DNA from: a virus
Virus record (IMG/VR): IMGVR_UViG_3300042802_000002
Length of the DNA: 45,653 nucleotides
Reading direction: 5' to 3' (one strand)
In this document: one piece after another, positions 7,449 to 16,318 of the stretch
Layout: each line of letters begins with the position of its first letter
Position numbering within the stretch: the first letter of the stretch is position 1
Position numbers and translations under genes: made by a program
The notes under the pieces: model-generated
Database searches by the model: none
What the model saw: the letters and a program-made list of their open reading frames with translations, nothing else
What the model was told of the DNA's origin: nothing

Positions 7449-7975
7449 AAACCCCACTCCTTCAAAATAATTAGATCATCTTCTGGATAGTCGCAATCTT
7501 CCTCTGATAAAGTACCAGCTATTTTAATGCGATCCCACAAATCAGGCATTATAGTTATAGCTTTTTCATTATTTTTATTAATAAACAACCTAAAACTTTT
7601 GTCATAAGAAAATTCCATTGCCATTTGTTGAACAACTTGAAAATTTTCAACATCTTTAAAGCTGCAGCGTTCATGCAAGGTATAAGTAATACCATCAATA
7701 AGTCCTATCAAACGTTCCAACAAAAACTTGTAATTAGCAGTATAAAGATATATTATAATGTCAGATTTGATTTCTCTAATCCTTATAACTAAATCTATTA
7801 TCTGTTCAGGATAAAGCATTGGCTCTCCGCCAGTTAATATGATCTCGTCATAATCCTCAATAAAATTTAAGTTATCTTCTTCTCTGCCCTGACTAATAAG
7901 ACTTTCATAGTTGTTGCTACAGTAAGGACAATTTCTGTTACACTCAAATGTAGTTATAACTCTTGCTGACTTCAT
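7445..7975 (-). CDS. Small radical SAM (4Fe-4S) protein, NrdG/QueE-like
   Basis: 176 aa; CNRNCPYC (Cx3Cx2C) near the N-terminus and a TGGEP motif. Confidence 0.7.
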   Translation of the reverse strand: MKSARVITTFECNRNCPYCSNNYESLISQGREEDNLNFIEDYDEIILTGGEPMLYPEQIIDLVIRIREIKSDIIIYLYTANYKFLLERLIGLIDGITYTLHERCSFKDVENFQVVQQMAMEFSYDKSFRLFINKNNEKAITIMPDLWDRIKIAGTLSEEDCDYPEDDLIILKEWGL

Positions 7976-8131
7976 TTATTCCCCCTTAATTTGTTCTTTC
8001 AGCCGACTAACTTTCATCTTCAAGTTTTCATAATCCTCTTTTCTGTCGCCACCTATAGAGTGCCTGAGATAATTAACCTTCCTCTCAATATCAGCTAATA
8101 CTGATAATTCAGCTTCTGCCTTATCCCTCAT
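7976..8131 (-). CDS. Hypothetical small coiled-coil protein (about 51 aa)
   Basis: Below the track cutoff; tightly packed between two genes. Confidence 0.4.
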   Translation of the reverse strand: MRDKAEAELSVLADIERKVNYLRHSIGGDRKEDYENLKMKVSRLKEQIKGE

Positions 8132-8471
8132 TTTCTATCAACTCTGAATTTACATATTTGTTGCCGATAACCTCTAAATTATCTTCTTCAAAACAATACT
8201 CAATAAACCAATGATAAAATTCTGGCAATCCATCTTCACCAACTATTCTATAATCAGCGTTTCCTATACCCCACTCTGCTTTTATGAAATCCCCTTCATA
8301 TATTTCTTTGCCATTTTTATCTTTTAAACCGGTTGACTGCATTAATTCTGCCTTTGCTAAACTTTGAATTTCACCAAACTCATTCCACCATATCAAACCT
8401 TGTATATCTTTACCATGATATAACATTTCTTTGCTTATATCATTCCAAGCTCTGAATTTAATTTCTCTCAT
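8121..8471 (-). CDS. YopX-like phage protein
   Basis: 116 aa; N-terminus MREIKFRAW resembles the YopX family as I remember it. Confidence 0.5.
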   Translation of the reverse strand: MREIKFRAWNDISKEMLYHGKDIQGLIWWNEFGEIQSLAKAELMQSTGLKDKNGKEIYEGDFIKAEWGIGNADYRIVGEDGLPEFYHWFIEYCFEEDNLEVIGNKYVNSELIENEG

Positions 8472-8481
8472 TTTAACCTCC

Positions 8482-8661
8482 TTATAAATGAGCTATTAAA
8501 GCTATAATAAATATCAAACCTGCAATTCCTAACGGTATCCAGGTAGGAGATAACACCCACCACCAGGACCATTCAATATAACCTGTTAGCTTTAAAGTTA
8601 TAAATATTAATTCCAATGCTGACAAAAATCCTATTCCTGAACTATTATTGCTATCGCTCAT
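8482..8661 (-). CDS. Small membrane protein
   Basis: Start moved to the internal ATG preceded by GGAGG; hydrophobic segments. Confidence 0.45.
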   Translation of the reverse strand: MSDSNNSSGIGFLSALELIFITLKLTGYIEWSWWWVLSPTWIPLGIAGLIFIIALIAHL

Positions 8662-8926
8662 TTTTAACCTCCTTTTTGTACCTCCTAGTAACTGTCGATA
8701 CAGCAACACCATATATCTTTGCTATCTCTGTAAAGGTTAAATCTAAATCATTATGCAGCCTGACTATTTCACTATTAGTGAAAGGCTTTTTACGGCCACC
8801 ACTTGTTACTTTATGATCGTGCTGCAGAAAATCAAACGCTTCATCAACTGTTACTTCCTCCAGGACAGCGTATATAAGCAAGATTATGTTAATCCTTCTC
8901 TCGTCTGGAAAAGCATAATCTTTCAT
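8651..8926 (-). CDS. HTH regulator (sigma-70 region-4/ArpU-like C-terminus)
   Basis: 91 aa; C-terminal TFTEIAKIYGVAVSTVTRRYKK. Confidence 0.5.
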   Translation of the reverse strand: MKDYAFPDERRINIILLIYAVLEEVTVDEAFDFLQHDHKVTSGGRKKPFTNSEIVRLHNDLDLTFTEIAKIYGVAVSTVTRRYKKEVKNER

Positions 8927-9090
8927 TTGCTACCTCCTAAAATATATTTTTTAAATTTAACATTGAACAACAATTATTTTCCTCGTCCCACCAAGCACAA
9001 TTTTCTTTTTCGCATTTATATTCTTTATTGTTTATAATATTGTCAGCATTTATATTTTTATTATTAAATTTAAGTGGACATAATTTCATC

Positions 9091-9360
9091 TTATCCTCCT
9101 TTTTCTTCCTGTATTTTCACCACTTCCTCCAACGCTTCCAGCGGATCTGTTTTATCAGGACAGTAATCACACGGTAAATTATCATACCTTTTGTTATGCT
9201 TATAACACCATTCAACCGGTATCATAAACCCTTCCTTCTTGTGATAATAGTAAGCACAGGGGCGATCAAGCAAATACCTATGATATAAGCAATATTTGAA
9301 TTTGCTATCGCCAGGTATATGATTGTCGCACCCTGTAATCTCACATATTTTATAACTCAT
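9091..9360 (-). CDS. Cys-rich zinc-binding protein
   Basis: 89 aa with multiple Cys/His pairs. Confidence 0.5.
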   Translation of the reverse strand: MSYKICEITGCDNHIPGDSKFKYCLYHRYLLDRPCAYYYHKKEGFMIPVEWCYKHNKRYDNLPCDYCPDKTDPLEALEEVVKIQEEKGG

Positions 9361-9728
9361 TATCCAACTCCCTTAATAACTATTTCCACTCTCGGATTTT
9401 CTTTATCCACTTTGAATTTGTTGGTCCAGCCTTTATTTTGCTTCCAGCCGTCATTTTTTAGTCTGCCAGCCTTAACTAATCCGTCAAAAATAAACTTAAC
9501 TGCTGCAGCTATGTTATCTGGATCTTTTCTTTTATTTTTGCAGTACCAGGTAACCTCTAACTCTACAGCTTCATAGACTGGCAACTTCTTAGCAGGCCAC
9601 GCTACAGCATTAGTATTATCCTGTTTCATTCTTCTATAAGCCTGATAGTGTGATTTAGCAGCGTCTATTATTTCATTAAGCGAAGGTAACTCACCTTCTA
9701 TTACTAATTTTTCTGGCTCGTTTACCAT
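9360..9728 (-). CDS. rusA: RusA-like Holliday junction resolvase
   Basis: 122 aa; DPDNIAAAVKFIFDGLVKAGRLKNDG matches the RusA catalytic core pattern (DxDN ... K ... DaL.KAG ... DD). Confidence 0.7.
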   Translation of the reverse strand: MVNEPEKLVIEGELPSLNEIIDAAKSHYQAYRRMKQDNTNAVAWPAKKLPVYEAVELEVTWYCKNKRKDPDNIAAAVKFIFDGLVKAGRLKNDGWKQNKGWTNKFKVDKENPRVEIVIKGVG

Positions 9729-10081
9729 CTGCCACTATCCCCTCCCAGTAATATGTATTTAAAGAAATTTTTAACCTTCTCAAAAAAACCTTCTTCTTTA
9801 TCTTCTTGAATATGAATAACTCCGAATTTATTTTTTTGTTCAATAAAAGCCTTTTCTCTATCTTCATAAGCCTGTTTTCTTTCATCACTTAACCTGGCTA
9901 ATTCGGTATCAGGTAGATCAGCTTTAGCTTCTTTATATCTACGCCAAATTGTTGTCCTGCTGCAGCCAAATTCTTTTCCTACTTCCGAATAACTCATACC
10001 TGAAATATCAATAGCATTAACTAAATACGCTAGATCAGACTCTGAAAATTCAATTCTTTTTCCCATTTTGTCCTCCTTCAA
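9722..10081 (-). CDS. HTH DNA-binding protein
   Basis: 119 aa; SYSEVGKEFGCSRTTIWRRYKEA. Confidence 0.55.
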   Translation of the reverse strand: MKEDKMGKRIEFSESDLAYLVNAIDISGMSYSEVGKEFGCSRTTIWRRYKEAKADLPDTELARLSDERKQAYEDREKAFIEQKNKFGVIHIQEDKEEGFFEKVKNFFKYILLGGDSGRW

Positions 10082-10619
10082 TTAAATTACTATAACTATT
10101 TCTTAGCTGCTTAAACTTCTTTTTTAATCCTACGGGCAAATAATTTTCGTTAATTTCCTTATCAGTTATAGCTGCATATTCTTTCTTAAAATCATTTTTC
10201 ATATAAGATAGTTCTTTATCATCAGCTTTTGCTATAGCTGTCAATCCTCCAACCCCTCTGACTGCTAACTTTGTTCTCTTATCTAAACTATTCATAGCCT
10301 TTTCAGTACCGTATAATGCCCCGTGTACTCTTATTGCTCTTAACACCTTATCCCAGGCCTCACCTGGAAGTAATTTATCACCTGCTTTCAATTTCTCTAT
10401 TTCCTGGACCACTTCTCCAGCTGTCGGCGGCCAGGTAGGCTTATTAAGAATAAGTTTATCCACTACTGACTGCACTATTTCATAGTTATAACTGCTCAAA
10501 TAGCGGTGCCAGGCATTGACGGTTAACTTATCATCATCTTTATTTTCGCCAAATTCAAACTTCTTTTGATAAATACTGCTGATTAAAGTTAATACCTTAA
10601 AAGTCTGTTTCTTCTCCAT
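10050..10619 (-). CDS. Hypothetical protein
   Basis: 189-aa ORF. Confidence 0.55.
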   Translation of the reverse strand: MEKKQTFKVLTLISSIYQKKFEFGENKDDDKLTVNAWHRYLSSYNYEIVQSVVDKLILNKPTWPPTAGEVVQEIEKLKAGDKLLPGEAWDKVLRAIRVHGALYGTEKAMNSLDKRTKLAVRGVGGLTAIAKADDKELSYMKNDFKKEYAAITDKEINENYLPVGLKKKFKQLRNSYSNLIEGGQNGKKN

Positions 10620-11040
10620 CTTCTAACTCCCCGTAAAGTTCCTGTAGTCTTTGTGCTTTACTTTCCCCTCGGCTCTTAACGCTGATCTGATTAAGATAAC
10701 TTTCAAACTTTGTCGAAAATAGTGTTACTGGCCGCAAATATTTTTCCATTTCCTTATTACCTATCCATTCGACTGCCTTCTTATCAATCACATCTTTAAA
10801 ATCCTGCAGCCTAAAACCTTCATTCCACCTGGCTTTAATCATCTTTCTAGTTTTTTGAGTGCTGGATCTATACCTCGTACCTAATCGTTCATTGAGATAG
10901 CTGACTATTTCATCATAAGGAATGTTACTTCTGTTATAAGTGCAGCCTTTTTCATCTAATTTGTTGCCACAATAAGGACAATACTCAAAACCTTCAAATT
11001 CTAATCCTTCTAAGTTTTTAGTCCATTCACTACACGCCAT
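10597..11040 (-). CDS. Replication-associated protein with phage conserved C-terminal domain (Phg_2220_C-like) and N-terminal zinc ribbon
   Basis: 147 aa; CPYCGNKL ... C ribbon and the MIKARWNEGF ... YLRPVTLFSTKFESYL pattern. Confidence 0.5.
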   Translation of the reverse strand: MACSEWTKNLEGLEFEGFEYCPYCGNKLDEKGCTYNRSNIPYDEIVSYLNERLGTRYRSSTQKTRKMIKARWNEGFRLQDFKDVIDKKAVEWIGNKEMEKYLRPVTLFSTKFESYLNQISVKSRGESKAQRLQELYGELEDGEETDF

Positions 11041-11306
11041 TAAATACCACCACTTTTATTTAATTTTTTTATTCTTTCATCTAACGCTTTTTCTGCTTCT
11101 TTTGCAAATTCTCCATCTAATATATCTTCCTCTAATGCCTTCCAAATAATATAAGCAGTTGGACTAAAACCTAAATCAATAAACATTTCTTCATCATTAC
11201 CGTTTTGGCTTGGTATATAATCATTTATGAAATATTCAAACCAATCTTTTTCTAAATCTTTTGGCTGCTTCATATTCAATTTATCCATTATTTCAAAATA
11301 TTCCAT
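11040..11306 (-). CDS. Hypothetical acidic protein
   Basis: 88-aa ORF. Confidence 0.5.
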   Translation of the reverse strand: MEYFEIMDKLNMKQPKDLEKDWFEYFINDYIPSQNGNDEEMFIDLGFSPTAYIIWKALEEDILDGEFAKEAEKALDERIKKLNKSGGI

Positions 11307-11449
11307 TATCTACCACCTGCCATATGTTGCCAATATTTTTGAGCCTTTTCATCACTATAAGTTAATTCTCTTTCATAACATTTTCTACACTTACCAGCCC
11401 GACCTTCTTTAATAACTGTTCCACATTCGCATATTTTTTCTTTACTCAC
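11306..11449 (-). CDS. Small zinc-ribbon protein (GTG start, about 47 aa)
   Basis: Below the track cutoff; CxC ... CxxC; the GTG overlaps the upstream stop (GTGA). Confidence 0.35.
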   Translation of the reverse strand: MSKEKICECGTVIKEGRAGKCRKCYERELTYSDEKAQKYWQHMAGGR

Positions 11450-11670
11450 CTGTTCCACTTCCTCTGATAATCGTCATTTGGCTGTTCCATTGAGTTTATA
11501 TACTCGTCATATTCCTCTAAAATAGCAATCACATCATCAGCACTTTTTCCTGTGATTTCATCAGTCGCCAGCATTTCTACATTTTTATTAAGTAGTTTAT
11601 CAAAAATTTTCTGTAAATTCTTATCCATTTTTACCTCCTTGAAGATGAAGCAACACTCAAATATATTCAA
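11446..11670 (-). CDS. Hypothetical protein
   Basis: 74-aa ORF. Confidence 0.5.
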   Translation of the reverse strand: MNIFECCFIFKEVKMDKNLQKIFDKLLNKNVEMLATDEITGKSADDVIAILEEYDEYINSMEQPNDDYQRKWNR

Positions 11671-11698
11671 ATATTACTTCATCTTTATATTTATGAGT

Positions 11699-11977
11699 TT
11701 AAATCATATCAAGTAACCTTTTTATATTTTCGCTAGGATTTGAAGAACGCTTATTATCTATATTCCTATAATTACTATCTAAAAGTTTAGTCATTTCTCT
11801 ATCAAAAATAAATTTCATAAATGCCATTTTCTCAGTTTTTAATTTATCGGCAGTATAACCAAAATCTAACTCATTATTTTCTTTTCTTTCTGCTATATAC
11901 ACAATATTTCTAATATCGTCTTTCAAAACTTTCTTTTCGCCTTCATCATTAACTTTTACAATTTGATATTTACTCAT
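11699..11977 (-). CDS. Hypothetical protein
   Basis: 92-aa ORF. Confidence 0.5.
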   Translation of the reverse strand: MSKYQIVKVNDEGEKKVLKDDIRNIVYIAERKENNELDFGYTADKLKTEKMAFMKFIFDREMTKLLDSNYRNIDNKRSSNPSENIKRLLDMI

Positions 11978-13037
11978 TATCTTCCTCCTCTAAAGTTTTC
12001 TCAAAATCTTCATAGACTTCTGCCATTTCCATATCGTCATATTGATTTAATTCTTCTTCTGTCGGTCCAGCGTCCTTATCTCTCAATGAATTTCTAAGTA
12101 TCAAGTATTCTTCTTCATCTAAAGAATTAATACTTTTTGCATTAAAGCTGGATAATAAATTAAACAACATATTTTTCTTTTTCTGATCGTCCCCAATTAA
12201 CTCTTTAATTTCAGCTTCTCTTTCAGTAGTTTCTCTTTTTTCTTTCTTCTTAGGTTTATCTTTTTTTGCTTTTTTCTTCTTCTTAGTCATTTGATAGCGT
12301 TCCATTGTCAGTTTAGCTGCCTGTTTTAAATCATCTTGTTTCGCATTATCGACTAACCATTTCAGATAACCTGTATTAACTTCTTCAAGTTTCTTTCCTT
12401 GAAACTTACCAAACCATAGTACCGTTTTTTCAGGATTTTCAGAGTTCACCTTGCTATTTGTACCTTTAGGCTTACTAGTACCCCTAGAATTATCAATAAT
12501 TACATCTTCTTCTGGTATATCTTTGATTTCCTGTGTATCTGGATCATACCCTGATATTTCTTCTGCTGATGTAATAGATATATTGTAGGCTAATCTAATT
12601 ACCCTGTTAGTTGCTCTTGTTCTAGCCATAGCTTTGAGGTCTTTATCGCTACCGCTAATCATACGGTTACAATCCTGCGGACTTGCTTCCCCATACTCTA
12701 TATACGGCCTGTTATCTGGTGAACTTTCCTTCCACAACAAGGCTTTGTATTCAAAGTGTCTTTTGTTATAATCCATATTGACTGCTTCCAGCTGAATACT
12801 AACTGGTGGATCATCACTTTCGTGTGCATTTCTCTTTAATCCGCTGCTTGTTACATAAGCATTACTTCCTAATACGGTCAAGTCCCCAAAAAACGGGTCT
12901 AATCCATACTGTGCTGCAATATAAGCTAACTGCTGCTTATCCTGGCTGGATAATTTCTGCGGCCATAATCCTTCGCTTTCTCCTTTTTGTACTAATTCTT
13001 TTGATTTATCAGCAACATTCACAACATCATTTGCCAT
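11970..13037 (-). CDS. Putative recombination/DNA-metabolism protein with C-terminal LWFGKFQGKKL (DUF3820-like) motif
   Basis: 355 aa; C-terminal motif resembles the exonuclease-associated FGKYKG domain; N-terminal family not recognised with certainty. Confidence 0.4.
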   Translation of the reverse strand: MANDVVNVADKSKELVQKGESEGLWPQKLSSQDKQQLAYIAAQYGLDPFFGDLTVLGSNAYVTSSGLKRNAHESDDPPVSIQLEAVNMDYNKRHFEYKALLWKESSPDNRPYIEYGEASPQDCNRMISGSDKDLKAMARTRATNRVIRLAYNISITSAEEISGYDPDTQEIKDIPEEDVIIDNSRGTSKPKGTNSKVNSENPEKTVLWFGKFQGKKLEEVNTGYLKWLVDNAKQDDLKQAAKLTMERYQMTKKKKKAKKDKPKKKEKRETTEREAEIKELIGDDQKKKNMLFNLLSSFNAKSINSLDEEEYLILRNSLRDKDAGPTEEELNQYDDMEMAEVYEDFEKTLEEEDNE

Positions 13038-13450
13038 TAATTAACCTCCTTAGACTGTCTTTTATAATCCATATACTCCATATGTTGTAGCAAGTGTAAA
13101 CACAATTGCTTATAATCATCTACACCATTTGCACCTAATAAAGCGTCGCAAGTTGAACAACTGCCATACCAAACATAAGTCCTTATTAAATTATCTGGCT
13201 CATACCAAAAACCACCCTGACTTATTATATATATGTGTGTTCCTTGATAACTTCCAGTATTAATTGTGTGTATAAGTTTTAAATTTTCATAATCTAAATA
13301 TGGATTAATAACTTCATCAATAACTAATTCCAATAAATCTTTGTATTCAAAAGGGGTAAACCAATCGTCTCGTTCTCCTAATATTTCAACAATTTTATTT
13401 TCCAGTCTTTTTTCATTTTCAGCCCACGCTTTATTAAACTTTTTTATCAT
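13037..13450 (-). CDS. Hypothetical protein
   Basis: 137-aa ORF. Confidence 0.55.
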   Translation of the reverse strand: MIKKFNKAWAENEKRLENKIVEILGERDDWFTPFEYKDLLELVIDEVINPYLDYENLKLIHTINTGSYQGTHIYIISQGGFWYEPDNLIRTYVWYGSCSTCDALLGANGVDDYKQLCLHLLQHMEYMDYKRQSKEVN

Positions 13451-13459
13451 CTGGACCTC

Positions 13460-14011
13460 CTATACTGTTTTAACCTTAAAACTTTCCCCTCGGTCCACTA
13501 CTTTTAAACCTTCCACAAATTCGCCAGTTTCAGTATTAACTACCCTGCCATCATCAAGTATCTTATAGTTTCCGCTATCCTTAACAATTTTCTTGAGTGT
13601 TCGTTTGTCAACATCTTCCTTCACTCTTACAGCGTCGGGTATCTTCTCTTTGACGGTATCCAGCAATTCATCTTCATACTGCCATTTAGGCCGTCTTTTT
13701 CTAAACTGCAGCTTACCGAACGGTAATGAGTGAGTTTTCATTGCAGGATCTTCTTCTCTTAATTGTTGAGCATACTCAAATAACATATTCTTAAAGTTAT
13801 TAATCTTCTTTTCTAATGAAGAAGTTTCATTCTCCAGCCAATTATTAACCTGGTCTATTTGTCTTTGAGCAAGTGCTTCCTTTTCTTCCACCTGATCCTC
13901 TAATTCCTTAATCTTCTGCAAGGCCCAACAGGCCTTATCGTCCGTGTCAACTTTGAATTTTTCCTGTTCTTCTTCCTCCTGGGCTTCCTTTTTAACCAAT
14001 TCTGCTGTCAT
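13460..14011 (-). CDS. Coiled-coil protein (possibly Gam-like; weak)
   Basis: 183 aa; N-terminal heptad-rich region. Confidence 0.5.
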   Translation of the reverse strand: MTAELVKKEAQEEEEQEKFKVDTDDKACWALQKIKELEDQVEEKEALAQRQIDQVNNWLENETSSLEKKINNFKNMLFEYAQQLREEDPAMKTHSLPFGKLQFRKRRPKWQYEDELLDTVKEKIPDAVRVKEDVDKRTLKKIVKDSGNYKILDDGRVVNTETGEFVEGLKVVDRGESFKVKTV

Positions 14012-14031
14012 CTTATTCCTCCTTTTTATAA

Positions 14032-14229
14032 TTACATTAGACTATAAACTTCATATTTCATATTATTCCAATTGCCAAAAACTTTTTGAATTGTAGCTGT
14101 ACAAGGAACTTTGATTTTATTTTCTTTTTTCCATTTCCTATAATAATTCATTGTCATAGTTTCTATTTGAGGATATTTTCTTAATTTTTTTATACACTTT
14201 TCGTAAGTCCAATAAATACTACGACTCAT
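14032..14229 (-). CDS. Hypothetical protein
   Basis: 65 aa; GGAGG upstream. Confidence 0.45.
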   Translation of the reverse strand: MSRSIYWTYEKCIKKLRKYPQIETMTMNYYRKWKKENKIKVPCTATIQKVFGNWNNMKYEVYSLM

Positions 14230-14237
14230 ATTCCTCC

Positions 14238-14393
14238 TTAAAGTTTCTTTACTTTTTCTATATCCCTTTCAGAATATTTTTTACCTCTAGCACCTGCCTG
14301 CTGATAATGCTGGAATACAGAGTGCACTGCCTTATTACTATACTTGTTTCTAATCCTGTTTCTAATAATTTTGCGAGTTAAAACTTTAGGCAT
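14238..14393 (-). CDS. Small basic protein (about 51 aa)
   Basis: Below the track cutoff; GGAGGTG upstream of the ATG; K/R-rich. Confidence 0.4.
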   Translation of the reverse strand: MPKVLTRKIIRNRIRNKYSNKAVHSVFQHYQQAGARGKKYSERDIEKVKKL

Positions 14394-14434
14394 AATTACA
14401 CCTCCTTAATCTACTAAAACAAAACCAATAGGTA

Positions 14435-14638
14435 TTAAAAAATATCTTCATAGGTTACCTCTAGGCCTCTATCCTGTAAGATACTTAATATTTTATTTAT
14501 TTCACTTTGCTTGAAATCAGTTTTGCCATTAATTTTATTCGACATAGTTTTATAATCAATTCCTATCATTTCTGCTGTTTTTCCTTCTGTTAATCCTGCT
14601 TCTACTATTTTACCTTTTAATTTATAATTTGTTCCCAT
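14435..14638 (-). CDS. Cro/CI-type HTH regulator
   Basis: 67 aa; HTH-like TAEMIGIDYKTMSNKINGK. Confidence 0.6.
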   Translation of the reverse strand: MGTNYKLKGKIVEAGLTEGKTAEMIGIDYKTMSNKINGKTDFKQSEINKILSILQDRGLEVTYEDIF

Positions 14639-14700
14639 AAAAGTGTAATTTCACCTCCGATTAATATAATTAATTTCGTTTTTGTGAACTTGTTAAATAC

Positions 14701-14729
14701 ATTTTAATATACTTTTTGGTGGTTGTCAA
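14701..14729 (-). promoter_or_regulatory. Near-consensus sigma-A promoter on the minus strand (TTGACA, 17-bp spacer, TAAAAT)
   Basis: Read as the reverse complement of 14701..14729; sits upstream of the Cro-like gene. Confidence 0.45.
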
Positions 14730-14826
14730 GGGTTTTTTAGGAAAAAATATTACTTTTTGCAGAAAACAGTTAACTTTTTATACATATCTTCTTAAATCAC
14801 TCTAAATTTATGTTATTATTTTTGAA

Positions 14827-15126
14827 TTAATTGTCATTTTCCAATTCATTGTACTTTTTATCTATCTCTTTGAATGTTCTATTTAATATTTTACTAATGT
14901 TTTTTGGAGTTTCTTTTTTGCTGATTAATTCCATTAATAATTCTTCTTCCTCTGGTGTCCAATTAGTTTCCTTGCGATAATATTTACATAATTTCTTTTT
15001 CTTTGGAAAGTGAGCTGCATTATTGTACTTTTCGCAATAGTAACCATATTTGAAGTATTTGCATTGACTGCATAGTGCTTTACCTCGCTTATATCCTTTT
15101 TTAGTTTTTTCTATTCTTCCTTGCAT
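14827..15126 (-). CDS. Cys-rich protein with Myb/SANT-like C-terminal motif; first gene of the early block
   Basis: 99 aa; CSQCKYF ... C and WTPEEEELL ... ILNRT. Confidence 0.5.
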   Translation of the reverse strand: MQGRIEKTKKGYKRGKALCSQCKYFKYGYYCEKYNNAAHFPKKKKLCKYYRKETNWTPEEEELLMELISKKETPKNISKILNRTFKEIDKKYNELENDN

Positions 15127-15239
15127 TGATGTACCGGTATTCTTTTTCGCTATTTTCTACTCTCCTTTCATTAAAAGTGTAAAAGTTATCTAGTTATCCT
15201 TATTATAAAGAACTTTAATACTAATTAATCTTAGTTCAG

Positions 15240-15946
15240 GAAAAGTTGGCATAGAACACCCCTTGTGCTTAAGAAGTGTTCTATGTCTTTGTACTAATTA
15301 ACCTCAGCACGAGGTATCGACATAGTGCCATACGGCAAGTGCTCTGAGGGCTCCGCTTCTGCCTTAACACCCTATAGGAGTTTCACCTATTCACACCAAC
15401 ACCCTACCTTACGGTAACAGGAAAGGGGTGTCCGCTGTATCCCAGTGCCCACACTACAAGAGTGCTACACAATAGATTGCTGAAATTACAATCCCTGGAG
15501 CGGTTTTATTACGGATAATCTGAATTTAAACAGGACGACCAGCCTGCAGTTTTTTATAATAGTGTTATTCCTTTAACCACTAACCTTTTTGTTCTACAAA
15601 CACAAAAAGGACCTGCCAGTTCCCCGACAAGTCCTTAAATTTCTTACAGATTTTATGTAATTCACTTGCTAAGTTAGTACCTATTTGGTATAATTAACTT
15701 AACAAAAAATCTGTTACTTGTGCGAGAAGTAGCAGTCAACCCGCTAGCATTTGTAGTGCTGAGCGGATTTTCTTTTTCTATATGTAATTTTTAATTTTCT
15801 AAATTTTAAGGGGCAAAGATACCAGCTTCACCCCACCGAAAATGTATTCGGTACAAATATATTATTATGTTAAAATTATTATACTACTTTTAAATCTTAA
15901 TTGCAAATGGAAAGCCCCACATTTTTTAAGTGTAGGGCTTTTTTTA
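15240..15946 (+). ncRNA. Candidate large structured noncoding RNA (family unknown; GOLLD/ROOL-like is one hypothesis) in a GC-enriched noncoding island
   Basis: No credible ORF on either strand; local G+C clearly higher than the flanks; several strong hairpins and long-range complementary segments; ends at a plus-strand intrinsic terminator. Strand and boundaries are uncertain. Confidence 0.3.
15913..15946 (+). terminator. Intrinsic terminator (9-bp stem, T7 run on the plus strand; weaker on the minus strand)
   Basis: AGCCCCACA ... TGTAGGGCT followed by TTTTTTT; lies immediately past the stop of the last late gene (15950). Confidence 0.55.
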
Positions 15947-15949
15947 TAT

Positions 15950-16318
15950 CTATTTAACTTGTTCAGGCTTTTTAAGTTCTGTACCCAATCCGACCATAAT
16001 TTCGCCGATAATAGGCTCATACTGTGTGCCAGGTATGGTTTCTTTCATAGCGTCAGCAGCCTTTTTGTAAACTACATCTTCTAAAGTTGTTTCCTCCATC
16101 ACGGTTTTCAAAAAAACTAAAACAGCTTCATTCATGAAATCTTCATCTCCTTTCGTAAATACCCTTATTATTAATTGAGTTAGCCACATAGGCAATTCCT
16201 CACGATCTAAACTATCTGCATAATCTTTGAGTATTCTGTTTGCTTTCGCTATATTTTCTACAACTATTTGCTGCTCTGGTGTCAAATTGCTTAAATCTCT
16301 GCTGATAGATAGGCTCAT
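15950..16318 (-). CDS. Hypothetical protein (last gene of the late operon)
   Basis: 122-aa ORF. Confidence 0.55.
   Translation of the reverse strand: MSLSISRDLSNLTPEQQIVVENIAKANRILKDYADSLDREELPMWLTQLIIRVFTKGDEDFMNEAVLVFLKTVMEETTLEDVVYKKAADAMKETIPGTQYEPIIGEIMVGLGTELKKPEQVK

Noticed and set aside
8616-9037. Plus-strand ORFs 8616..8816 and 8753..9037
   Set aside because: Antisense to well-supported minus-strand genes (HTH regulator, membrane protein); no ribosome-binding sites.
12806-13568. Plus-strand ORFs 12806..13090 and 13341..13568
   Set aside because: Antisense shadows of the 355-aa and 137/183-aa minus-strand genes.
15127-15949. Whether the noncoding island is a tRNA, tmRNA or RNase P RNA
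   Set aside because: No T-loop GGTTCGA-type motif with an acceptor stem, no tRNA-like CCA-terminated domain, and the RNase P GGAAAGUCC-type core is not matched (the nearest string is AGGAAAGGGGTGTCC); these identities are not supported.
15842-16084. Plus-strand 80-aa ORF
   Set aside because: It runs through the intrinsic terminator and antisense into the 15950..16318 gene; junk-like composition.
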